This document shows, piece by piece, positions 18,514-28,015 of a stretch of DNA of 64,000 nt (position 1 is the first letter of the stretch; the number at the start of each line of letters is the position of its first letter). The notes under the pieces were generated by a model. That model made no database searches. It was given only the letters and a program-made list of their open reading frames with translations, and was not told the DNA's origin. The stretch spans positions 7,917 through 71,916 of the forward strand of contig JAZDOE010000003.1 in assembly GCA_043798985.1 (NCBI GenBank), written 5' to 3'. Origin of the DNA: Candidatus Falkowbacteria bacterium (lineage in GTDB: Bacteria; Patescibacteriota; Patescibacteriia; UBA11705; JACRDX01). Made by a program: the position numbers and the translations under genes.

Positions 18514-18900
18514 TTATTTACAATCTCCTTTGGTAAATGTATAGCCGCCAGCTTCAGCGGACGCCACTCCTTGGCAGTCCATTTCTGTTAGAGCTGGAAG
18601 GGAAAGACCATTGTCTAGCAAACAACATCCGGTAGCTTCTTTTTCCGCTTGCGAGATTATGTCATCGCCAACTTTTCCACCGAATGCTTTATAAAATTCT
18701 GCTTCTGCGTTCGGCGCGGTTGATGGCACAGAGCTATAATAACTTTGAACGAGCGATAAGAAATGATTCCAGTCAAAAGCCGCGCCAGGATCACCGTGCG
18801 TATTATCTTGAACGTCAGCATGACCAACAATTCCAGGGCCTAAATCCCAGCAAACGCCCTCCTGACTCCAACTTGGACAATTTTGTGCCGGCGGAGACGT
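18514..18900 (-). pseudogene. C-terminal remnant of N-acetylmuramoyl-L-alanine amidase (Amidase_2-like) with Cys-rich tail
   Basis: IVGHADV...HGDPGAAFDW; no N-terminal half; GCC..C..C tail like the 18963-20237 product. Confidence 0.65.
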
Positions 18901-18953
18901 TGAGACTGCGCGCCGCATTTGGAGCACGAGTGAACGATTGTGTTTTTTTGCAT
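18901..18953 (-). pseudogene. 5' stub of a second radA copy
   Basis: ATG at 18953 reads MQKNTIVHSCSKCGAQS vs RadA MPKNQTIFSCSKCGAQA. Confidence 0.75.
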
Positions 18954-18962
18954 GTTTTTTTA

Positions 18963-20237
18963 TTAGCTACACGCACCTTGTTTCCATATTGGTAGATTGA
19001 TGGCGTCTAATCCTTCACAAAATTGAACGGTTGAATCTGGAATCACTGTCCCATCTACTGTCGTGCAACACCCTATAGCGTTTGGATCTGCTGTCGGCAC
19101 AACGCCTTCTTCGCACGCGCCGTTCCATTCAAAGTGCATTGGATCATAATAATTTTTCCATCCACCACCCCATATAAAATTATGTTTTTGGAAAATGTTA
19201 ATCACCCATGCTGGGATATTCGTTGGGATTGGCTGCCCATTGTTGTAGTCTTTGCATTCTGTGTCATAAGTTCCATCCTTTAGTTTTGAGCAAGCTGGGT
19301 TTTGACACGTTGCAATGTCAACAGCAACTGCAAACCTGTGGGGAGATGGTTTCCATTGGCCCGTTTTATTTGATATGCAAGTTTCTTTTGGACATTCTGT
19401 TTCGGGGCAGCTCGCAACGCAGCGCCACACATATATCCATGGACGTTGTTTGTCTGATTTGTTAGAGAGTTTTTTGCCATTTGCCGCGGGCGCATTACAC
19501 GGCGCATACACAATTTTTTCAAATTCCGGCCAGCGCGAGTCAGTCATTATTTCATTGCTGATTGCTTGAAAAATTGGTTTTACTACCTTTGCACATCCGC
19601 CAGTGTTATTATTTCCAAGGAAAGGGCACGAACTGTCTATGATAGCGGACATTTCAGATTTTGATTGTTTAACAACTTGATTCCAGCACGGGCCATGTTT
19701 TGTTTGGGAAATCCATTGTTGAAAGGGTTGGTCGTCAAAGATAACAGGTTCGCTTTTGACCATTGCGAGACGCAAGCTTTTTAATTTTGTGAGCTCTGGG
19801 TTGATTATGTACAAAAGCAAATAAGCGGCAAGAAGAATGATTAAGCCGCTAAGGCTGCCAAGAATAGTTTTTTTGCTTTTTTCAACCCAAGATTTATTAA
19901 CCCCGCTTGTCATGTAAAAAAAACCGCCGATGATTACCAAAAGCGTAGCGAACACCGCGCCAATAATCAGGGCGTATTTGTAAATCGCGATTAGATATTC
20001 AGCAATCCACGGAATATCAATTGATTGCGGCTCGCCGGCCGCGTTTGTTGTGATTGTTGCTTTTGAAAAACTGGGAAGTGTTGGAATCGGTATGTTTAAT
20101 GCCGGTCCTTCAACTGGATCAACGTTGGCTGGAGCTGTCCCTGTTGTTGGCCCCGCCAACGGTGGGGCGGTTTGGGCAAACGCGAAAATAGGATATAATA
20201 ATAAAATTAAGCTGGTAAGCAATAATAATTTGCGCAT
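18963..20237 (-). CDS. VirB2/TrbC-like pilin domain fused to M15 family peptidase
   Basis: N-terminal module near-identical to 17086-18495; SPHRFAVAVDI, WGGGW..YDPMHFEW. Confidence 0.75.
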   Translation of the reverse strand: MRKLLLLTSLILLLYPIFAFAQTAPPLAGPTTGTAPANVDPVEGPALNIPIPTLPSFSKATITTNAAGEPQSIDIPWIAEYLIAIYKYALIIGAVFATLLVIIGGFFYMTSGVNKSWVEKSKKTILGSLSGLIILLAAYLLLYIINPELTKLKSLRLAMVKSEPVIFDDQPFQQWISQTKHGPCWNQVVKQSKSEMSAIIDSSCPFLGNNNTGGCAKVVKPIFQAISNEIMTDSRWPEFEKIVYAPCNAPAANGKKLSNKSDKQRPWIYVWRCVASCPETECPKETCISNKTGQWKPSPHRFAVAVDIATCQNPACSKLKDGTYDTECKDYNNGQPIPTNIPAWVINIFQKHNFIWGGGWKNYYDPMHFEWNGACEEGVVPTADPNAIGCCTTVDGTVIPDSTVQFCEGLDAINLPIWKQGACS

Positions 20238-20244
20238 GGCGAAG

Positions 20245-21501
20245 TTATTTTAATTGAATAGAGTGTAAGGTGTTGGTTTGTTTATCAACAAAATATAAAT
20301 AGTCGCCATCAGGAGAGACAGTCATTTTATCAATTGTGTAATTATATTCCGGTTCCGCGATAAAACTTGTCATTCCTGTTGTTAAATCAATTTTGTAGAC
20401 ATAGTCTGGAATGGAATCAGCAATTTCCGGAGTTGTCCCAGCGTTGGCGGGCAATTCTTTTGGAACAGCGCAATAAGCAGTGTCATTGTCTCCAAAAGCG
20501 CATTTGTTCACCCATGTTTTTAAATTAATTTTTTTGTGATTATAGCCGACAGTTGTTGGCGAAGCATTAACTATGTATAAACACGGATCCATGTTTTCCA
20601 CGGGATTGTATGTGCTGTACAATATTTTGTCACCAGCAGGCGACCAGTCATATTTAAAGCCAAGTCCTTTCGCGTCAAACGCTTGAAAATTTTCCTGATT
20701 TTGCCCGATCATTTGTATTTTTGTAGTAATACCGGTTCCGCCGCTTTTGAACAGCGCTATTACCTGCCCGTTTGGCGACCATTCAGGAAAAACATACATT
20801 GCTTTGTCGCCAACATTGTCAATGTATTTTTGGCCCGAGCCATCTGGATTGGCAATGGCAAGCCAGCTGTATTCTGGATTTGGATCCAAATCTTTAAACA
20901 CAATTTTGTCACCAGCCGGGCTAAAGCTGAAATTTTGCCAGCTTTTTGGCAAAGTTGTTTGCTGTCCCGTCTTAAAGTTGAACAAAATATTTGATCCATC
21001 TGGGAATTCTAGAATCGCCTGATCGTCATCATTTGCCCACACAATATTTTTTACGTTTTTATAAATTTTATCTGTCAAAAGTTCTTTGTCGCCAGTTGAT
21101 GTGATTTTATAAAACGCGCCAGAACTTGCGTCGTATGAATATAGTCCGCCAGTTTTAGTGACGCGAAATGATGGAGTAATGTCAAAGGAAAGTGTTTTTA
21201 CGGCCGTTATTCCGCCTTTGGCAATGGAGTCTGGCTTTTTGCCTTCTGGCGCTGCAACTTTGGTGATTTTTTTCTCGGCTGCAAATTGTTCTGCGGCTTT
21301 TTGCGTTGAAACTTTTGTTAAATCTTTCGCTGGAAGCTTGCCAAGCGCTTGGCCGGAAATTTCTTCTTCGGTCAACGTAGTTGATGGCGTTGTCGGTCCT
21401 GCTCCCGTGAAAAAAAGATAGTAAATAAAAAAACCGATAACTCCTACGATTATAATAAAACCAAAAATCAACAGCAGTTTTTTAACAGGAATTTGCGGCA
21501 T
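20245..21501 (-). CDS. Membrane-anchored TolB-like beta-propeller protein
   Basis: N-terminal TM; repeated FSPAGDKI/WSPNG/WSPAGDKI/VSPDG. Confidence 0.75.
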   Translation of the reverse strand: MPQIPVKKLLLIFGFIIIVGVIGFFIYYLFFTGAGPTTPSTTLTEEEISGQALGKLPAKDLTKVSTQKAAEQFAAEKKITKVAAPEGKKPDSIAKGGITAVKTLSFDITPSFRVTKTGGLYSYDASSGAFYKITSTGDKELLTDKIYKNVKNIVWANDDDQAILEFPDGSNILFNFKTGQQTTLPKSWQNFSFSPAGDKIVFKDLDPNPEYSWLAIANPDGSGQKYIDNVGDKAMYVFPEWSPNGQVIALFKSGGTGITTKIQMIGQNQENFQAFDAKGLGFKYDWSPAGDKILYSTYNPVENMDPCLYIVNASPTTVGYNHKKINLKTWVNKCAFGDNDTAYCAVPKELPANAGTTPEIADSIPDYVYKIDLTTGMTSFIAEPEYNYTIDKMTVSPDGDYLYFVDKQTNTLHSIQLK

Positions 21502-21524
21502 AAAAAGTAAAATTATTTTTATTT

Positions 21525-21740
21525 TTAAGGTAGTATTTCTTTTATTTTTTCAAGAAACACAACGACTAAAATTACTACAAACAAAATAAGCGCCACTGGC
21601 AAGCACGAACCAATTGAGCAACAACATCCGCTAATCGCTGGAATGATTGCTCTTTTTGCGACTTTTTTCGCGATCTTGCTGACTTTTTTTGCAGAGCTAC
21701 TATGTTGGTTGTTGTCGTTTGATAATGGATTGATTGCCAT
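21525..21740 (-). CDS. Small hypothetical membrane protein
   Basis: Basic N-terminus, hydrophobic C-terminus, co-oriented with neighbours. Confidence 0.45.
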   Translation of the reverse strand: MAINPLSNDNNQHSSSAKKVSKIAKKVAKRAIIPAISGCCCSIGSCLPVALILFVVILVVVFLEKIKEILP

Positions 21741-21773
21741 GATATTAATTTTATCACATTTGGGCGTGAATTG

Positions 21774-22658
21774 CTAAATCATGTCGCGCAAAGCTTTAAC
21801 GCGCTGTTCAATTGGTGGGTGAGTGGAAAAAAGAGAACTAAGAATTCTTTTGCTGGAAAAATATGGGCTGGCAAAAAATAAATGCGCGGTCGCGTTGCTG
21901 AATCGTTGCATTGGTTGTTTATATTGGCTGATTTTTTCAAGAGCGCGCGCTAATCCTTCTGGGTATCTTGTTAAAAGCGCGCCAGATGCGTCGGCTAAAA
22001 ATTCTCGTTTGCGGGAAATCGCAAGTTGAATCAATTGTCCGATAATCGGTGAAAGTATTATTAAAATAATTCCGACAATCGCTAAAATGCCGCCGCTATT
22101 TTTATTATTGTTCAGCCGTCGTCCGCCGAACAAAAAACTGCGCGTGAACATGTCCGCGATAATTGACAACGCGCCAACTAAAACAACAACCAGCGTCGCC
22201 AGACGGACATCATAATTTTTTACGTGCGAAAGTTCGTGCGCGATAACGCCTTCCAATTCTTCATTTTCCATTATCTGAATTAGCCCGGTTGTTATCGCGA
22301 TTGACGAGTGTTCTGGGTTGCGGCCGGTTGCAAACGCGTTTGGCGCGGGATCATTGATTATATAAACTTTTGGCGTTTGCAATCCGGCCGCGATGCAAAG
22401 ATTTTCAACTATTCGGTAAACATAAGGATTTTCTTCTTTGCTGATTGATTTTGCGCCAGCGGAAACCAGCGCGATTTTATCGCCGGCAAAGTAGCTGATT
22501 CCTACCATGAACATTGAAATTACAACAGCAACAACCAAGGGCGAATATCCATAATTCAAAACGCGCGACAAAATATAACCAATTCCAGCAATTAAAATGA
22601 AGAATATAAAAATCAAAAATATTGATTTGCGTTTGTTTGAATCAATTTGGGAATACAT
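21774..22658 (-). CDS. htpX: Zinc metalloprotease HtpX (M48)
   Basis: PNAFATG, AHELSH, SRKREFLAD, STHPP; start at MYSQ. Confidence 0.93.
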   Translation of the reverse strand: MYSQIDSNKRKSIFLIFIFFILIAGIGYILSRVLNYGYSPLVVAVVISMFMVGISYFAGDKIALVSAGAKSISKEENPYVYRIVENLCIAAGLQTPKVYIINDPAPNAFATGRNPEHSSIAITTGLIQIMENEELEGVIAHELSHVKNYDVRLATLVVVLVGALSIIADMFTRSFLFGGRRLNNNKNSGGILAIVGIILIILSPIIGQLIQLAISRKREFLADASGALLTRYPEGLARALEKISQYKQPMQRFSNATAHLFFASPYFSSKRILSSLFSTHPPIEQRVKALRDMI

Positions 22659-22659
22659 A

Positions 22660-23232
22660 CTAGAATTTAACGGCGACCGGTTGTTTTTCTGATTCTTCCG
22701 CGGCAAAGAAATCAAATTTGGCGAATCCGAAGATGGCGGCGATTATGTTGCTTGGAAAAGTTTCTCGTTTGATGTTAAAATCACGAACATTCCCGTTATA
22801 AAATCTGCGGGCGGCCTGGATTTTATTTTCCGTGTCAGAAAGTTCGTCCTGCAATTTTGCAAAATTGGTTGACGCTTTCAAATCCGGATACGCTTCGGCT
22901 ACCGCGAACAAAGATTTTAAAGTCGCGGAAAGCATGTTTTCAGCGTTTTCAATTTGTTTTTTGTCTCCAGATGCTTCGGCGTTCATTGCTGACGCGCGGG
23001 CGATTGTCACTTTTTCAAAAAGTTCTTTTTCGTGCGCCGCATAACCTTTCACCGTTTCCAATAAATTTGGAATAAGGTCGTACCTACGTTTGAGCTGGAC
23101 GTCAATATCTGACCAAGCTTCTTGCGCGCGATTGCGCAAACGGATGAATCCGTTGAATACAACGATGAGCCAAAAGATGATTACCGCGACAACCGCGATA
23201 ATAATCCAAACAAACGTTGGGATTGTGTTCAT
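22660..23232 (-). CDS. lemA: LemA family protein
   Basis: AWSDIDVQLKRRYDLIPNL, AYPDLKAS, RRFYN. Confidence 0.95.
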   Translation of the reverse strand: MNTIPTFVWIIIAVVAVIIFWLIVVFNGFIRLRNRAQEAWSDIDVQLKRRYDLIPNLLETVKGYAAHEKELFEKVTIARASAMNAEASGDKKQIENAENMLSATLKSLFAVAEAYPDLKASTNFAKLQDELSDTENKIQAARRFYNGNVRDFNIKRETFPSNIIAAIFGFAKFDFFAAEESEKQPVAVKF

Positions 23233-23299
23233 AAGATTATAATGTTAAGTTAAGTTTGCATTTCTTATCAATATTGTATAATTAAGCAATCTGAATTGC

Positions 23300-23421
23300 A
23301 AATTCGAAGCGCGAAGTTCGAAATACGAAACAAGTTCGAAACACGAATTTCCCAATGTTTGAAACGTTCTGATTTCGAATTTGGAATTTGTTTAGGATTT
23401 AGGATTTCGAATTTCGTATTT
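23300..23421. repeat. Heptamer inverted-repeat element (family A, empty)
   Basis: AAATTCG AAGCGCG AAGTTCG AAATACG AAAC ... TTTGTTT AGGATTT AGGATTT CGAATTT CGTATTT. Confidence 0.85.
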
Positions 23422-23429
23422 ATAAGTTT

Positions 23430-24761
23430 ATGGACAACATTTTTAAAGCTTACGACGTGAGAGGCGTTTACCCGAATGAATTGAATGAGGAAATAATGGA
23501 AAAGATCGGAGGGGCTTTTGTTAAATTTTTAGGCGCAAGTTCAATATTGGTTGGTTGCGATATGCGAATTTCTACGCCGCAGCTGGTTGAAGCGTTTAAG
23601 CGAGGAGCGTTGAAAGGTGGCGCGCAAGTGACTGACCTTGGGCAAATTAGTACTGACTGTTTATATTTTGCTTCTGGGAAATATAATTTGGCTGGCGCTA
23701 TGATTACTGCGTCGCACAATCCAAAAGAATGGAATGGCGTGAAATTTTGCCGAGCTGGCGCAGAACCGATTGGGGCTGATTCTGGTTTGCGAGAAATTGA
23801 GTCATTAGTAATTAAACAAAGTATTTTGTCGGAATTTCGCGACCATTGCCAAAGTTTTATTGATAAAACAAAGCTGCGATCATTGAAAGTTGTGATAGAC
23901 GCGGGAAATGGAATGGCAGGCAAAATGGTTCCAGCTGTTTTTCAGGGGTTGCCGATTCAAGTTGTCCCGTTATTTTTTGAGCTTGATGGAAATTTTCCAA
24001 ATCACCAGCCAAGTCCGATTGAAAAAAAGAACAACTTGGCGTTGATTGAGCGGGTGAAAGTTGAGCGCGCGGATTTGGGTTTGGCGTTTGATGGTGATGC
24101 TGATCGTGTATTTTTTGTTGATGAGCACGGAGAAATGGTTGATAGTTCGTTTATCACCGCGATGATTGCGAAAAAAATGCTGGAAAAATTTCCACGCGAA
24201 AAAATTATTTATTCTGTGACAGTCAGCAACGCTGTGCCAGAGTTGGTCGCGAAAATGGGAGGCAGCGCGATTTTAACGAAAGTGGGGCATTCGTTTATCA
24301 AACAAGTGATGAAAGAGACCAATGCGATTTTTGGTGGGGAACATTCTGGGCATTATTATTTTCGCGATAATTTTCGCGCGGATAGTGGAATAATCGCGGC
24401 ATTGATCGTGTTGGAAATGTTGAGCGAAGCCTCGGCGCAAGACGGGCGAAACGGCAAACCGTTTTCAGAATTGGTTGGCGAATTCCAAACATATCATAAA
24501 ATTGAAGAGACGAATTTTCAGGTTGCCGATGTCAAAGTTGTTTTGGAAAATTTTAAAAAACAATTTGGAGCGAATTTGGCGCAAGATTTTGATGGAATGA
24601 GTTTTGAATTTAAAGATGCTTTTGGAAAAATAGAATGGTGGTTTAATGTCCGCGCGTCAAATACAGAGCCGGTTTTGCGGTTGAATTTGGAGGCAAAGAC
24701 AAGGGAGTTGATGGCAGAGAAGTTTGGTGAGATTGCTTCAATAATAAAATACCCCCGCTAA
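23430..24761 (+). CDS. Phosphomannomutase/phosphoglucomutase
   Basis: IFKAYDVRG, TASHNP, FDGDADR, GEHSGH, RASNTEP. Confidence 0.95.
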   Translation: MDNIFKAYDVRGVYPNELNEEIMEKIGGAFVKFLGASSILVGCDMRISTPQLVEAFKRGALKGGAQVTDLGQISTDCLYFASGKYNLAGAMITASHNPKEWNGVKFCRAGAEPIGADSGLREIESLVIKQSILSEFRDHCQSFIDKTKLRSLKVVIDAGNGMAGKMVPAVFQGLPIQVVPLFFELDGNFPNHQPSPIEKKNNLALIERVKVERADLGLAFDGDADRVFFVDEHGEMVDSSFITAMIAKKMLEKFPREKIIYSVTVSNAVPELVAKMGGSAILTKVGHSFIKQVMKETNAIFGGEHSGHYYFRDNFRADSGIIAALIVLEMLSEASAQDGRNGKPFSELVGEFQTYHKIEETNFQVADVKVVLENFKKQFGANLAQDFDGMSFEFKDAFGKIEWWFNVRASNTEPVLRLNLEAKTRELMAEKFGEIASIIKYPR

Positions 24762-24774
24762 GTTTTAGCGGGGG
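24752..24774 (-). terminator. Terminator family CCCCGCTAA-N3-TTAGCGGGG
   Basis: Perfect hairpin; near-identical at 51294-51322 and 39776-39806. Confidence 0.8.
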
Positions 24775-24781
24775 ACTTGCT

Positions 24782-25762
24782 TTACGCGCCAGCGCCTGCT
24801 TCCGGCGCTGGCGTTTCGGTTGCGTCCGGTATCTTTACCAGCGCAACGAATTCTCTGAATGTTTGTGACTCTAACACCTGCTCTTCGACGCATGTCTCGA
24901 ACGCCATCTGAATCGTTGTCTTTCCGTTGTTACTGGCTACGAGCATCTGCGCGCGTTGCAAACACTCGGCGTACATTCTGACGGCTTGCAATATCTGTGA
25001 CTTTTTGGGCCATTTTTTGCAACCGACAGCAATGTCCATAACGACGCGGTAAACAAAGTCTCCGAAAAAGCGTTCGTCGGCACATTTGTTGCGCAGTTCT
25101 TTCTCTCTTTCGCGTGCGGCCTTGAGCTCTTGCTCGTTTGTGTTGAGTTGACTGAAAATAGGGAAATCATCCGCAGTAGCGGAGTTGATCAGTCGGAGCG
25201 CTGATGGAATTTCAACTCGCACACGTGGGGACGCTGCCCCGAGTGTTTTGATTACCCCGCTTCCAAATCCCAGCTCAATCATCCACGTTGCATAGTTGCC
25301 AGTACATTTCGTAAAGTATATGCGAGTGGGAATCCAGTTTTTTTCATTTTTCGGTAGGATCTTGGGCTTGCGGAACTTGCTCGTGGAAATCCAGAGAATT
25401 GCGCCTGGAATTTCGTGGTCCGGCTTGATCGCAGAATTCCAGTAGGGCTTGTCTTCCTCGTCTCTAAACGGCTTGTCAGGATGCGAGTGAAACTGATCGT
25501 CTTTGTCAGCGAAAAAGTAGAATCCTTGTCCGATGACCGAATGCCGGATGAACTTGCACAGGATCGTCCCCGCAATGAGCAATAAGACTAATGTGAGCAG
25601 ACCCGTCAGCAGCATTGGCAGTCCTGTCGTGAAAAGAAACAGGAGGGCAGCGAAAGCGCCAAGAAAGATGAGTCCAATTGCTTCGGCGACAGACCACCAA
25701 CTTTGAGGAAAAACTTTCCAGTACTCTTCGCATGCCGCACATTTCTTCATCTCTTCAACCAT
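24782..25762 (-). CDS. GC-rich orphan membrane protein
   Basis: Two TMs, coiled coil; AAAGGAG SD before MVEEMKK; own promoter TTGACT-17-TAAAGT (25908-25880). Confidence 0.75.
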   Translation of the reverse strand: MVEEMKKCAACEEYWKVFPQSWWSVAEAIGLIFLGAFAALLFLFTTGLPMLLTGLLTLVLLLIAGTILCKFIRHSVIGQGFYFFADKDDQFHSHPDKPFRDEEDKPYWNSAIKPDHEIPGAILWISTSKFRKPKILPKNEKNWIPTRIYFTKCTGNYATWMIELGFGSGVIKTLGAASPRVRVEIPSALRLINSATADDFPIFSQLNTNEQELKAAREREKELRNKCADERFFGDFVYRVVMDIAVGCKKWPKKSQILQAVRMYAECLQRAQMLVASNNGKTTIQMAFETCVEEQVLESQTFREFVALVKIPDATETPAPEAGAGA

Positions 25763-25919
25763 GACCGACTCCTTTCGCAACAGGCCCGTTTGTCCCATTG
25801 CTCAAGTGCGTTGGTTAGCCTTTTCCAAGACCCTGTGCCTTGAAAATACCTAACCGCAGCGTTGTTAATGAACAGGACAACTTTATCATTTTTTTAAAAA
25901 GAAGTCAAATTGGATGGGA

Positions 25920-26009
25920 TGTCATTTCGACCCCACATCGTGGGGGAGAAATCCCTCGTAAAGATTCTGCGAAGGGATTTCTCACCCTTTTCAAGGGTTC
26001 GAAATGACA
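25920..26009. repeat. Composite palindromic element (GTCATTTCGA...TCGAAATGAC type)
   Basis: 11-bp terminal IR, internal GAGAAATCCCT/AGGGATTTCTC; right half repeated at 33734-33775. Confidence 0.8.
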
Positions 26010-26058
26010 GTGCGCTAGGTTGCGTTGGTTATTTCGTTTATGGTATCATTATAAAGAT

Positions 26059-27186
26059 ATGTTGACAGTGATTATTTTTATTTTAGTTTTAGGCGCGCTG
26101 GTTTTTGTTCACGAGTTGGGTCATTTTATTTCTGCGAAAAAATTGGGCATACGGTCAGATGAATTTGGTTTTGGTTTTCCGCCGAGAATTTGCGGGCTTA
26201 AAAAAGTGGATGGCAAGCGAAAGTTTTTTTGGGGAAACGTGAATGTTCAATCAGAAGACACGATTTATTCTTTAAACTGGATTCCACTGGGCGGGTTTGT
26301 AAAAATAAAAGGCGAGGATGGTGAAAATAAAGAAGAAAAAGACAGTTTTGCTTGCCGCAAACCATGGCAGAGATTTGTGGTTTTGAGCGCTGGCGTTGCA
26401 ATGAATTTTTTGTTTGCGGCCGTAATATTCATGTTTATTTTTTCCATTGGCGCGCCGCAAGGAATTGATGATGGCAATTCTCGTTTTATAAAATCAATCA
26501 AAGAACCGGCTGTTCAGGTAATACAAATAGTTCCAAATTCGCCAGCTGAAAAAGCGGGAATGAAATTGGGAGATGTGATTTCTATGATTGGCGGCGCGCC
26601 AGTTAAAAATGTTGATGAGGTGCGCGCCGCGTTAAAAGATAAAGATGGAAAAGAAGTGGTTGTTCAAATTGCGAGAATCGGTGAGACTCAAACATTGAAA
26701 ATTACGCCAACAAAAATGGATAGCGCGGACGGCGCGGCACTTGGCGTTGGTTTAACCGCGACAGGAATTGTCACTTACAAATTTCCATATGGTTTATGGA
26801 TTGGCCTTAAAACAACGGTATTGCTGACTGGCGCCATTGTCCAAGGGCTTTATTTGGTAATAAAAAACTTGATTATTTCCGCGCCGATTGGCGTTGACGT
26901 GGCCGGTCCTGTTGGCATTGCGGTAATTACCGGTCAAGCGGCGCGCATGGGTTTTGTCTATTTGCTCCAGTTCACAGCATTGCTGTCAATCAATCTTGGC
27001 ATTATTAATTTTTTGCCATTTCCGGCATTGGACGGCGGTCGCGTGTTGTTTTTGCTGATTGAAAAAATACGGCGCAAACCAATTGACCAAAAAATTGAAA
27101 ATGTGGTTCATACCATTGGATTCGCGTTGTTGATTGGGCTTATTGTTTTAATTACCGGTAGAGATATTTGGGGATTAGTTGGCTAA
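26059..27186 (+). CDS. rseP: RIP metalloprotease RseP (M50) with PDZ domain
   Basis: HELGH, IPLGGFV, NFLPFPALDGG. Confidence 0.95.
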   Translation: MLTVIIFILVLGALVFVHELGHFISAKKLGIRSDEFGFGFPPRICGLKKVDGKRKFFWGNVNVQSEDTIYSLNWIPLGGFVKIKGEDGENKEEKDSFACRKPWQRFVVLSAGVAMNFLFAAVIFMFIFSIGAPQGIDDGNSRFIKSIKEPAVQVIQIVPNSPAEKAGMKLGDVISMIGGAPVKNVDEVRAALKDKDGKEVVVQIARIGETQTLKITPTKMDSADGAALGVGLTATGIVTYKFPYGLWIGLKTTVLLTGAIVQGLYLVIKNLIISAPIGVDVAGPVGIAVITGQAARMGFVYLLQFTALLSINLGIINFLPFPALDGGRVLFLLIEKIRRKPIDQKIENVVHTIGFALLIGLIVLITGRDIWGLVG

Positions 27187-27307
27187 AATACGAAGCACGA
27201 AACCCGAAACCCTAAACAAGCTCGAAATTCGAATTTCCCAATGTTTAAAACATTCTGATTTCAGGTTTCGCATTTGTTTCGGATTTAGTGCTTCTAATTT
27301 CGAATTT
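27185..27307. repeat. Heptamer inverted-repeat element (family A, empty)
   Basis: Same core CGAATTTCCCAATGTTT.AAACATTCTGATTTC as 129-262 and 23300-23421. Confidence 0.85.
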
Positions 27308-27316
27308 ACAAGTTTT

Positions 27317-28015
27317 ATGGCCAAGATATTACAATTTCGACCAGCAGAGCAATTTACCCCGCCAATGGCGGGACCGCAAACTGAAAAACGCGAAAACGCG
27401 CTGGATTTTAAAATTTGGTTGCAAAAATTTGATGAATTGAAAAATTATTGGTCAGCGCAACAGGACGATTTTTTGGCAAAACGAGAAGATCGCGATGTTT
27501 ATGATATTGAAGAAGAAGGCGTGGCAATTGGCGCGGAAACGCAGGTTTTGCGGGATTTTCAAGATTTTTTAGTGCGCAACTTTATAGAAAAGCGCGTGCC
27601 ATTGATTGAAGTTGATGGTGATGATTTTAAAAAAATTGAAGGTGGTGAAAAATTGATTCAACACTTGCGCGTAGCAGGTTATGACTTTGAAAAGCTAATG
27701 AAATATTGGCAAGGCAAATATAACAAATATCGTTTGAATTGGTCTAGTTCGGTTTTTGGGGAAGCGCAATTGTTTTTAGATGTTATTAAAGATGAAAAAG
27801 AGAAAGCAAAAATTGAAAGAGAATTGTTTGGTTTGATGGCGCGGATGAAAATGGTTTATAAAATGGAGATTGATGGTGTTGATGAGACAACCCGCGCGAT
27901 TGCAATGAAAGAGCGCGAGCTGTTGCTCGGGGCAGTTGATGATTTTTTGGAAGATTTGATGGAATATTGTCGCGCTAATTTAGTTGGCGCAAGCAGTCGT
28001 CGGAACGCCGGTTGA
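27317..28015 (+). CDS. Hypothetical protein
   Basis: Long ORF; start reassigned to MAKILQF after the repeat. Confidence 0.65.
   Translation: MAKILQFRPAEQFTPPMAGPQTEKRENALDFKIWLQKFDELKNYWSAQQDDFLAKREDRDVYDIEEEGVAIGAETQVLRDFQDFLVRNFIEKRVPLIEVDGDDFKKIEGGEKLIQHLRVAGYDFEKLMKYWQGKYNKYRLNWSSSVFGEAQLFLDVIKDEKEKAKIERELFGLMARMKMVYKMEIDGVDETTRAIAMKERELLLGAVDDFLEDLMEYCRANLVGASSRRNAG

Noticed and set aside
23790-23830. Apparently shortened linker in the phosphomannomutase
   Set aside because: Frame and catalytic motifs are intact; cannot be confirmed without an alignment
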